A program made the position numbers and the translations under genes. DNA of 55,989 nt. It comes from a virus (lineage: Duplodnaviria > Caudoviricetes). Of the stretch, positions 48,154 through 55,989 are shown in pieces. The notes under the pieces are model-generated. The model saw nothing but the letters and a program-made list of their open reading frames with translations. It had not been told where the DNA came from and searched no databases. Location of the stretch: positions 1-55,989 of IMG/VR virus record IMGVR_UViG_3300045253_000047, one strand, 5' to 3'. Within the stretch, counting starts at the first letter, position 1; each line of letters begins with the position of its first letter.

Positions 48154-48695
48154 GGCGTAAACCTCTCGAATTCGATCCGGTACACCTCGGGGTCATCCTC
48201 CCAGCGGTCGCCGGGAGGTTTGTGTAATTCGTCCCAAAGTATAGCGTAGTTCCCAACAGGGGATGTAAAGTAAGCGTTATATTCGCCGTATTCCTCAGCG
48301 TCCCACGTCATGCCTTCTAGCCTAGCGTCATCGTCGGTAATATCCTGCAACTGCTCTTTACGCACATTCACTACACGGACAAGCGTGCGGGACACCCATC
48401 GCGGCATAAACCGGGCGTGTCGATACTTGCCTGCCCAATCGGGCTTCGGGCCTGTGCCGTCGAGGTAATGTATACGGGCATCATAGCCATCCAGGACTTC
48501 ATGGGGTAATAATTGAGATGGTTTGAGATTGTCGTACTTATCACTTACGCACCACGCTTCCCGCACCCACAGCACATCGCCCACTTCGAGCCGGCAGGGT
48601 TTGCCGTGGGACAATCGCCGGGTAATGTCTTTGCGGCCTTCGCGTTCGGCGCGTACCATTTCGGGGCTGAAACTGACTGGTTTTTCTTTGCTCAT
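48150..48695 (-). CDS. ASCH/PUA-like phage protein
   Basis: GRKDITRR, GDVLWVRE, FMPRWVSR, LQDIT. Confidence 0.85.
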   Translation of the reverse strand: MSKEKPVSFSPEMVRAEREGRKDITRRLSHGKPCRLEVGDVLWVREAWCVSDKYDNLKPSQLLPHEVLDGYDARIHYLDGTGPKPDWAGKYRHARFMPRWVSRTLVRVVNVRKEQLQDITDDDARLEGMTWDAEEYGEYNAYFTSPVGNYAILWDELHKPPGDRWEDDPEVYRIEFERFTP

Positions 48696-49417
48696 AATGT
48701 CGCCTCTCTCTTTCCTATCGCCGCCGCCCGTGCCTTCTTCGCCGCCTTCACAGCTTTCGCCTCACCACGTACCTGTTCCGGTTCTTTGGCAACTTCGATC
48801 AACACTTCCTGCCGCCGCCTGATAACCGGGTCGGTGCCGCTCAACCAGTGGTAGCCAATATCACCAAGCCAAGCCGCGTCTGCTTCGTTGTCCGTGCGTA
48901 TGACCTTCCCCCACCGTTCGCGGGCAAGCTCCTTCACGCGCTTCTTGTCGGCTACACCTTCGCCTCTGGCCCACTTTTTGAGACGAGCACCTGCGACCTG
49001 TCGAAACGGTATCCCGGCTTCTTTGACTGCGACTTCGATAATCCCTGCGATCTTGTGCAGGATGATGGACGCGCCGGCCGCTGCCGGGTTACGTGGGACA
49101 ATCGGCAGTTCGATCAGTACGGCGTCCATGCCTTCAATAGCCTGTCGAATAAACGCTTCCCAGCGGGTGAGTTTTTCGTCTACACTCACATTTTGTAGGT
49201 CGTAACGCATGATGTTATAGAATCCGTTTGGCATCATATGCGAATGGACAATGCAGACCCCCGTGATAGAAGAACTCTGGTCAAGCGCAAGGAGCTTAAA
49301 TGGCCCCGTGCAGACCGCAGGGGGTAATATCAAGGGCTTTGGGCCTTTACGCGCTGTCCGTGGCGCTGGTGGCTCTGTGGTGGGTTTTATGCGGGCGGAG
49401 CCGCGTGGGAGGTTCAT
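48692..49417 (-). CDS. RuvC-like Holliday junction resolvase
   Basis: LALDQS..TG, VLIE, DNEADA. Confidence 0.88.
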   Translation of the reverse strand: MNLPRGSARIKPTTEPPAPRTARKGPKPLILPPAVCTGPFKLLALDQSSSITGVCIVHSHMMPNGFYNIMRYDLQNVSVDEKLTRWEAFIRQAIEGMDAVLIELPIVPRNPAAAGASIILHKIAGIIEVAVKEAGIPFRQVAGARLKKWARGEGVADKKRVKELARERWGKVIRTDNEADAAWLGDIGYHWLSGTDPVIRRRQEVLIEVAKEPEQVRGEAKAVKAAKKARAAAIGKREATL

Positions 49418-50082
49418 TCGTCGCTGCCTTCTGGACGGCCAACACTAATCCCTGTTGTCCCCATGCCGCATATAGCGTAATCGACACGGAAGGCCAACCC
49501 AATATCAATCATGTTGTCATACGTGCTGCCTTCTGCTAATGCGAGTAGGTAAAGGTGCGAAGTTAGATCGGTAGGCCGCTGGTGTATATGAGGTTCAGTA
49601 AGCGCGTGAATTGAACCCGTCCACAGGCCGCCAACCTTCGGCAGTAACTCAGGGTCAATACAGGCGTATTTACCGAATAAAACAAACCGCGAAGTATTTG
49701 TTTCCCACTCCATCGTTCCGAGTTGTGGGCTTTTACTGTACTTATCCAGCATATCAGGTATGCTTGGGAATTTATCAGGGCCTTGGCTTAATATCGTGCG
49801 ACCGTCCGCGAGTTTTACTGCAACGCGATAGGTTGCGGCCTCGCTCGGAATCTCCATGCGGAGAAGGTCAACCCCGCTTATATGCACCCGGATGGCGGAC
49901 TTGGTATCCGTCGCGCAAATATACCACTTAAGAGAGCTGTTCGGCGCGCCCTCAGTACCAGGGATAGCACTGACTTCAAATGCGTTACGTAGCCGCCCAC
50001 TTGTCGACTCGTTCCCCATCGCGCCCTTAAGTAGGGCGATTAAACCCTTTGGCATCTTTACTGTTTCGTAAATCTCTTTCAA
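49414..50082 (-). CDS. hypothetical protein (possible clamp-like fragment, CATD motif)
   Basis: Coupled 222-aa ORF. Confidence 0.55.
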   Translation of the reverse strand: MKEIYETVKMPKGLIALLKGAMGNESTSGRLRNAFEVSAIPGTEGAPNSSLKWYICATDTKSAIRVHISGVDLLRMEIPSEAATYRVAVKLADGRTILSQGPDKFPSIPDMLDKYSKSPQLGTMEWETNTSRFVLFGKYACIDPELLPKVGGLWTGSIHALTEPHIHQRPTDLTSHLYLLALAEGSTYDNMIDIGLAFRVDYAICGMGTTGISVGRPEGSDE

Positions 50083-50978
50083 CTGTTCTCCCCTTCGCTT
50101 TCTGTAAATAGGTTCTGTTGACCCGGCGTGTCACTCGGGTTGTAGTTCGTGATAATCAGGATCGGCGCTGCTACCCGGCCTTCGGAAGCTCGCGCCAAGG
50201 CCCGAGCTACCCCGTACACAAAAAAATTATAAACAAACAAAAACTCTCGCGTCTCGGGCGTGTCATTGATCGTGAGTAGGAACCGACCTTCGATTGCTTT
50301 CAGCTTGTCGCGTAAGGCTATGTGCTGTTCCATACCGAACGCCTCAGCATACCCGCAGGTCCCGAGATACGGCGGGTCACAAAAGAAGATCGTTCGCGGC
50401 TGGTCGTATCGCTTAATCACTTTCGAGAAGTCGGAGTTCTCAATGAAGACGCCGCGCAATCGTTTAGATGCTTCATCGAACTGATATAAGGATTTTATCA
50501 GGAACAAATCGCCTCGCGATTTGTTCCTGAAGCCGAATCCCGGCTTCTGGGTGTCTGATAAATCCGCACCGAACGCCATTTGAATAAGCAGGTAGTACCA
50601 TACGGCCCGCTCCATCTCGCACTTGCCTTCCGGTTCCCACTGCCGAAGCTCCATGAACATTTCCCGGCTGTAAAGATACTGGTGAACGCCTTCAAGCAAT
50701 TCAGCCTTCCGCCACTTCATCACGCGCCAAAGGTTCACAAGGTGGCCGTCCGCATCGTTCAAAACTTCGACCGCGTGAGACTCTTTGCCGAAGAGTACCC
50801 AGGCGGCCCCGGCAAAAACCTCAACGAAGCACTCGGCGTCGGCGGGTAACAGGTCGATGATAACCTTACGCATCTTTGACTTGCCGCCTACACGCTTGAC
50901 AGGGCTATCGACCATTGGTTCAGCGGTTTTCATACCTCCCGCAACCCCAGTAACACATCCGCGCTCACGTTCAGCCAA
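50079..50978 (-). CDS. Dam-like (D12 class) N6-adenine DNA methyltransferase
   Basis: VGGKS, EVFAGAA, LND, CDPPY. Confidence 0.93.
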   Translation of the reverse strand: MAERERGCVTGVAGGMKTAEPMVDSPVKRVGGKSKMRKVIIDLLPADAECFVEVFAGAAWVLFGKESHAVEVLNDADGHLVNLWRVMKWRKAELLEGVHQYLYSREMFMELRQWEPEGKCEMERAVWYYLLIQMAFGADLSDTQKPGFGFRNKSRGDLFLIKSLYQFDEASKRLRGVFIENSDFSKVIKRYDQPRTIFFCDPPYLGTCGYAEAFGMEQHIALRDKLKAIEGRFLLTINDTPETREFLFVYNFFVYGVARALARASEGRVAAPILIITNYNPSDTPGQQNLFTESEGENS

Positions 50979-50997
50979 GCGCAGAGCTTGATAAATG

Positions 50998-51219
50998 TCA
51001 TTCGTCCTCCGATAAACTTAGTAACCAGTCCGATGACTGACCCGTCCATTGGCAGTATTTTCGGAATGTGGCGAGTGTCGGCTTGCGGCCATTCTCAATA
51101 TTGGAGAGCGTGCAAATATTAATGCAGCTTTCGAATGCCGCTTCTCTCAGTGTCAATCCCCGGCTAGTCCGGTATTGCCTGCATTCGTCTCGTATATTTG
51201 GTATAGTTTGGTTATCCAT
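50998..51219 (-). CDS. XRE HTH regulator
   Basis: GLTLREAA....TLSNIENGRKP; likely leaderless after TATAAT. Confidence 0.8.
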   Translation of the reverse strand: MDNQTIPNIRDECRQYRTSRGLTLREAAFESCINICTLSNIENGRKPTLATFRKYCQWTGQSSDWLLSLSEDE

Positions 51220-51519
51220 ATGATGCATTATACGCGTAACAGGATGGCCTGTCAATACCTATTTTGAAAAGTGCGTGACCGCGAGGCACACGAGCACGAG
51301 CAGCACGGCCCCAACGGCTTCAAGGGCGAGGGCGAAGATTATGCCACGGATCATTATAGAAACCCTTTCGCGATTGCACACATCAGCGGCGGCGGGACAG
51401 TGCCACCATAGCCGCCTTGATCGCACGGCACTCGGGCGCGGCTGGGTTGTTGCCGTTCTCCTCCATGGCTTGGCACCACTGGATAGCAAGTTCGCCGTGT
51501 TTTATGGAGGCGGCTAGGT

Positions 51520-51792
51520 TCATTTTTCAACCCTCGGGCAATCATTGCCACACCATTTGCCGGTTCGCACATCCGACGAAGGCACACGGTCAACAGTGAG
51601 GCCAGATCGTAGCCATTTCCCAATTTCCCGCGCCGTCTCTTTGCCCCACTCTTTCGCCGAAGCGTGTTCGACCTTGCAACTCATCGCCGCCACGATATGG
51701 CCGCATTCGGCAATGGCGATATAGGACATCGAGACTTCTTCGCCGCCTTCTAAATCAAGCGTGTCAGTATCGGGCATTGTTGCTGGTTTCAT
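51520..51792 (-). CDS. hypothetical protein
   Basis: AAGGA RBS. Confidence 0.55.
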   Translation of the reverse strand: MKPATMPDTDTLDLEGGEEVSMSYIAIAECGHIVAAMSCKVEHASAKEWGKETAREIGKWLRSGLTVDRVPSSDVRTGKWCGNDCPRVEK

Positions 51793-51932
51793 AGCTCTAT
51801 CCTTTCGATACGCCTATGCCCACGAGTACGCAGGAGACGCCGAATATGAGAAAGTCGCGCAGGTGGAACATCATGTGCGCCCCGGTGAGCACGTAGATCA
51901 CGCCGAGACCGCCGATGAGTAGGCAAGCGGGT

Positions 51933-52118
51933 TTAAACATGCGCCTCACCTTTCGCTTTCCCGATGGCGACCGTCAATTCGTTTAAGTATTTCTTGAGAC
52001 GCCGTGTGTTGAATGCGGTCATATTCAATACAGTGCTCTGGTCTATCACGATGTCGATGTACTGTTCGAAGTTCTCAGCAGCTTCGATCAGCGCGGCAAG
52101 TTTATCCATGGGTCTCAC
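51933..52118 (-). CDS. hypothetical protein
   Basis: Coupled ORF. Confidence 0.5.
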   Translation of the reverse strand: MRPMDKLAALIEAAENFEQYIDIVIDQSTVLNMTAFNTRRLKKYLNELTVAIGKAKGEAHV

Positions 52119-52518
52119 CTTTCGCAGCGGCGATTGCGGCCTTGAGTCGTTCGATTGCGCCGTTGAATGAACAGCCCGGTATCTCGCCGTACAGGTAATC
52201 CGCTGCCGCCAGTAGTTCCGCGTTCACGTCCACCGGGTCGGACACCGGCTTCAACGCGCTAGCCAGTTCGCCGATAATCGCAAGCTCTCGCCGGTTGTTG
52301 GCAAGGTGTCCTTCGTATGTCATGTTCTTGAGGTACTCGATACGGTCAAGCGCAAGCATGACCACCAATTCGGATTCGTCAATTTCTTTTGCCGCCGCTT
52401 CATACTCCTCCCTGCCGGGTGAGTAACGGTCATTGGCAACGCGCCATTTCGCGCGTGCCTCTGCGTTGTCCTTGCGTGCCTGTGCGAGTTCGGCATAGGC
52501 TGTTTCTAGCTCGTTCAT
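52102..52518 (-). CDS. coiled-coil hypothetical protein
   Basis: Start MNELE after AAGGAG. Confidence 0.6.
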   Translation of the reverse strand: MNELETAYAELAQARKDNAEARAKWRVANDRYSPGREEYEAAAKEIDESELVVMLALDRIEYLKNMTYEGHLANNRRELAIIGELASALKPVSDPVDVNAELLAAADYLYGEIPGCSFNGAIERLKAAIAAAKGETHG

Positions 52519-52847
52519 GATTTGTCTCCTTTCCCGTTGTCCATCAACAAGCAGATTATCACCCCGGCGCAAGCTACCACCAGTAACGCCGATAGCCGCC
52601 CCATGTGAAATTCCAGGTTGACCATTGATAGTACCGCCGCCGTTCCCGCGCATACCCAAGTTGCGAACCACTCGCTGGACGTGTTACCGAAGCCGAACTG
52701 CCGAGTGTCGCCCTCGTTGTACTGTTCGCCCGTCTCGTCGTGCAGGGCGCTCTCCTCGTGAGACAGGGGCGTTATGCCGGGAACGCGCTCCGGTGGTGGG
52801 ATGGCGCGGACGATGGCCGGGTCGAATGATTCGTTTGGGGTGGGCAT
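52515..52847 (-). CDS. membrane protein
   Basis: Two TM segments. Confidence 0.6.
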   Translation of the reverse strand: MPTPNESFDPAIVRAIPPPERVPGITPLSHEESALHDETGEQYNEGDTRQFGFGNTSSEWFATWVCAGTAAVLSMVNLEFHMGRLSALLVVACAGVIICLLMDNGKGDKS

Positions 52848-54901
52848 TATTTGCCGCCTTTCGACTGCGACTTACGGTAGACTGCGAGACACGTGGGGCA
52901 ATACTGCGGGTCGCCATCGGCCAGATTGCGTATCTCGGCTTCCGTGAGCGGACGGCGCTCGCCGGGGCAACGGTGGTTCGCGCACCATGACGGCGGCAGG
53001 TTGTCCCCGGTCGTATCGTCGGCGAACGGGTCGTCGTGTACCGGCTCCTCTTCGGGCGTCAATGCGAATTCACCTTCGATATGCGGCGGCTCTTCGGCGG
53101 GAACCTCGCTGTCACGGATGCCTTCAGCGATCTTGATAAGTTGCTCCAATTGCGCTAAGGTTAGGTCAGCGGCTTTAATGTCGCCCACCAATTGCCCCCG
53201 AGACTGGAAATAGAGCGTGGTCTGCTGCTCGTTGAAATTCTCACGTAGGGCACCTAACCACTTTGCGGCCTTCTTACGGCTTTCTATGTCGGGGGCAACT
53301 TGTGGACGGACGGCGGCTTGCGGTTGAATAATCTCCCCGGTTGCAACGTCCACCGCGCCGACTCGGGCATCTGGAATGCTGCCGGTTTCCGTTTCGTCAA
53401 GCCACCCGAGGCCGCATATAGACAAGGTGACACGGCGCTTTGCCTTGGTATTGCCCGTAATCATAACACGTCCACCCTGCCGCATTACCCATGTGCCGTA
53501 CTGAGTTGTAGGGCACCATGCGGGGGCAGGTTTTATTGGGTCGATATTCAGAAACGCGCCTGCTATATGTCGGGTAGTCATAACTTTTTGCACATTGCAA
53601 TTACCTTTGATTGTCATAAGGTTTCCGAGAGCTTCCCCCTGCAATGTGCAAAGTATCTGGAATGCTTCGAGCACGTCCTTGTCTGTTTGGGCAAAATTCC
53701 TGCGACTGTCCGACTCCGCCATTTCCATAGCTTCAAGCATTGCTGCTCGCGCTGGCTCGTTCAAATGGCACGCGATACGAGCGAGATCAGCCCGACTTTT
53801 AAACCCTGCTTTATTCAAAAGATCGCGAGATGATTGAGCCGGGAGATAGTACCAATGCTGTGGCAATGTGTCGTACGTTCGGCCAGACATCGGGAAAGTG
53901 CGTGACGATGCCTTACTAACGCATTCGTACGAGGCGTTATCATATCGTTTAACTAATGCCGCAATTAACGGTAAGTAGAGTTCTTTAGATTGACATATTC
54001 CAATTCTCTTAAAGGTGCCTCGGGTTTGAATTGTACCGTCCGTGACGGCCCATCCTAGTATAGCGGCTTCGTCAGGCGTTAATAGTGAGGCGTCATTAGT
54101 AATAACCGGAGCCGAAAGTATAATCCTATGGCTAGTTTTTATTTCGGACGCTTTTACTAAACCACGGCTTTCTTGCCTGTTCTTATAAGGCCCTCGTACT
54201 GCACGATCGCCTGTACTGCGAGTTTTATATTCGGGCCGCTTCACAGCCCAAGAATGGTCAGGAGTGCAGATTACTCCAAACAAGCCCTTATCCGTATAAA
54301 GACGTACCATCGGTAATTCTTGATGAGTGGTAACGTTCAATAGCGGAGTCCATCGGCATGTGTCGGTCGCGCAATCATATGCTAGCACTTCTTCGCCGAT
54401 GATTGTGTTATCGTATGTAACAAACCCGCGCCGAGTTAGTATTTCACTATCCAGTGGAACACACTCGGCCTTCATAAAAGCGTTTGCCCGATTCTCGCCT
54501 TGGAGCTTGCCAACGTCCACCGCGCCGGTCGCAACGTCGGTTCTGCCGTCCGGCGTTTCCGCGTACGCCTTAATCAAAAGCGTCCCGTCGTACCAGACTT
54601 CTTCGAGCTTGGTAATACTGATCCGGTGTCGAGTGCGAAGCTGGTCGGTCGCGTCCTTCTTGGCGTAGAGCTTCATTTTACCGTTGAGAACGATGTACTC
54701 AAAAGGCTGCGTGAGTGGATTAAGCCCGATGGACTTGCATACCGCCCGGTAGTAATCCACGCGCTCCTCGGCGCTTACTTTCGATAAGTCACCCTGCACG
54801 AGTAGATGTTCAATCGCGGAAATATCCATCGCGGCTACTTCCCGTTCCGCCATTCCTAAGTCGGTCGCTTTTGCAACGGCCATTTGTGTTCCTGCGCCCA
54901 T
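52847..54901 (-). CDS. phage single-strand annealing recombinase (RecT/Redbeta-like) containing an intein
   Basis: GLNPLTQPF, NAFMKAE|TKAKRRVTLSICGLG. Confidence 0.85.
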   Translation of the reverse strand: MGAGTQMAVAKATDLGMAEREVAAMDISAIEHLLVQGDLSKVSAEERVDYYRAVCKSIGLNPLTQPFEYIVLNGKMKLYAKKDATDQLRTRHRISITKLEEVWYDGTLLIKAYAETPDGRTDVATGAVDVGKLQGENRANAFMKAECVPLDSEILTRRGFVTYDNTIIGEEVLAYDCATDTCRWTPLLNVTTHQELPMVRLYTDKGLFGVICTPDHSWAVKRPEYKTRSTGDRAVRGPYKNRQESRGLVKASEIKTSHRIILSAPVITNDASLLTPDEAAILGWAVTDGTIQTRGTFKRIGICQSKELYLPLIAALVKRYDNASYECVSKASSRTFPMSGRTYDTLPQHWYYLPAQSSRDLLNKAGFKSRADLARIACHLNEPARAAMLEAMEMAESDSRRNFAQTDKDVLEAFQILCTLQGEALGNLMTIKGNCNVQKVMTTRHIAGAFLNIDPIKPAPAWCPTTQYGTWVMRQGGRVMITGNTKAKRRVTLSICGLGWLDETETGSIPDARVGAVDVATGEIIQPQAAVRPQVAPDIESRKKAAKWLGALRENFNEQQTTLYFQSRGQLVGDIKAADLTLAQLEQLIKIAEGIRDSEVPAEEPPHIEGEFALTPEEEPVHDDPFADDTTGDNLPPSWCANHRCPGERRPLTEAEIRNLADGDPQYCPTCLAVYRKSQSKGGK
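53450..54463 (-). mobile_element. intein (338 aa) with LAGLIDADG-like endonuclease domain
   Basis: CVPLDSEILTRRG start, CTPDHSW block B, LGWAVTDG, WCPTT, ITGN end, +1 Thr. Confidence 0.93.
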
Positions 54902-54903
54902 GA

Positions 54904-55476
54904 TTATTTCCCTACTTTCTGTATACCGGTGTTAATTTCGAACTTCGTCCACGGCGGCGCGACTTCGAATAAATCGGCGGGTAGCTCGATCTTACTTTTC
55001 TTGAGAGTGTTAAGCGCGAGTTTCTCAACGGTCTTTTCACTCACTGCCTCCGGGATGGCCTTCTTTGCCCATACGAACGCGCCAGCCTCATTGAGTATGG
55101 TAATCGCCCCGCCGTCGTAATCCGTGAGCGACAACGCACCGAACGCCGTAAGGTACGTTTTGTCCTTCTGCTTGCCGATCTCAGCCGTCGCAAACTCCTG
55201 CAACTCAGCGCGGAACCGTTTATCAAGGAACGTGAGCGCGTTCTGTTCCCGTTTGGCTTCACGGTCAAGGTTCTCGTTAAGCGCCTTCCGCCGAAGCTCC
55301 ACGCTCGCTAGAATGGCCTCATGCCGCTGCATCCGCTCCAGCACCCATTCCGCCGATGGCCTGTCGGTCACGTGGAATTCCGGCTTCGGCTGGTGCACCA
55401 ACTCAAGGCACTCGCCCGTGTCCGCGTCAATCCAGTAGTCACCCGAAATGACCTTGTTAATTGTTGTCTCTTCCAT
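54904..55476 (-). CDS. Gam-like/Gp157-like host-nuclease inhibitor
   Basis: AEWVLERM coiled coil, KTYLTAFGALS; next to recombinase. Confidence 0.75.
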   Translation of the reverse strand: MEETTINKVISGDYWIDADTGECLELVHQPKPEFHVTDRPSAEWVLERMQRHEAILASVELRRKALNENLDREAKREQNALTFLDKRFRAELQEFATAEIGKQKDKTYLTAFGALSLTDYDGGAITILNEAGAFVWAKKAIPEAVSEKTVEKLALNTLKKSKIELPADLFEVAPPWTKFEINTGIQKVGK

Positions 55477-55989
55477 TACGCCTTGACCTCCAGCCGTACG
55501 CCATTCTTATCGACTTCGTAAGTCGGCTTGCAACAGCCCCGCGCTTTTACCTTATCAGGGTAATTGCCGTCAGGGTGAACCGCAATATCAGTCAAGCGGA
55601 CAGGGCAAGCGAGAAACTTCGTGGCATCGTTATTGAACGCCATCGCCATCATAGGATGTGGCGAGAAGTGCAAACCGCCACCACATTCTTCTTTGCCGCC
55701 GTCCCAATCGGTTGCTACCGGTATCAATCCGGGTGAGTAGTCACACCCTCGCGGGCTGATATACTTATCGTTCACCGCTTTGTACAGCAGAGCGACACCA
55801 CGGACTACTTCAACTCCGTAGAATTCACACCATGCTTTTGCCGTCTCACGCTTCGGCGGTCGTATCTGCACGCCTCCTTCGACTGTTACCTGATCGGAAA
55901 GAACAGTAACAGCACAGTATTTCGCCGCTTTGATCTTCGATTTTTGGGATGCAATTGCTTGGCTGTTTCCCCAAAGGGTGGCTTGGCTG
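55476..55989 (-). CDS. C-terminal part of the junction-spanning repeat protein
   Basis: Frame open from 55989: SQATLWGNSQAIASQ...LYKAV...CGGGLHF...KVKA. Confidence 0.85.
   Translation of the reverse strand, partial: SQATLWGNSQAIASQKSKIKAAKYCAVTVLSDQVTVEGGVQIRPPKRETAKAWCEFYGVEVVRGVALLYKAVNDKYISPRGCDYSPGLIPVATDWDGGKEECGGGLHFSPHPMMAMAFNNDATKFLACPVRLTDIAVHPDGNYPDKVKARGCCKPTYEVDKNGVRLEVKA

Noticed and set aside
50205-50250. Odd FLFVYNFFVY stretch in the methylase as a hypervariable site
   Set aside because: No template copy seen; low-complexity sequence is more likely low-quality base calls

Overview
This window looks like an essentially complete, circularly permuted ~56 kb siphovirus-type phage genome. 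Both contig ends fall inside one 24-bp tandem repeat in a single gene that reads across the junction. A long minus-strand late operon (38.9 to 11.8 kb) encodes terminase, Mu gp29-like portal, S49 protease/scaffold, decoration protein, lambda gpE-like capsid, neck and tail genes with a -1 frameshifting chaperone, tape measure, tail tip/fibres, holin candidates and an NlpC/P60 endolysin. A minus-strand early operon encodes a Gam-like protein, an intein-containing recombinase, a Dam-like methylase, RuvC, an ASCH protein, a PP-loop enzyme, HNH, a replication initiator and DnaB. I recognised no integrase. The most unusual part is a nest of cargo-carrying IS1595-family transposons. Element 1 (3320-7368, 24-bp TIRs, 8-bp TSD) sits inside the GKRLTY motif of a relic IS1595 transposase 3' end. 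Element 2 spans 8168-11006, and an orphan 36-bp copy of its right end lies at 39726 next to a further transposase fragment. Both elements share the layout transposase / variable cargo / conserved 'VPK' microprotein / variable cargo. The cargo includes a candidate new toxin-antitoxin-chaperone triad and an OB-fold + PIN pair. The late-operon leader holds a tRNA-like gene with an aberrant anticodon arm among many hairpins. Family assignments come from recalled motifs, not database searches.
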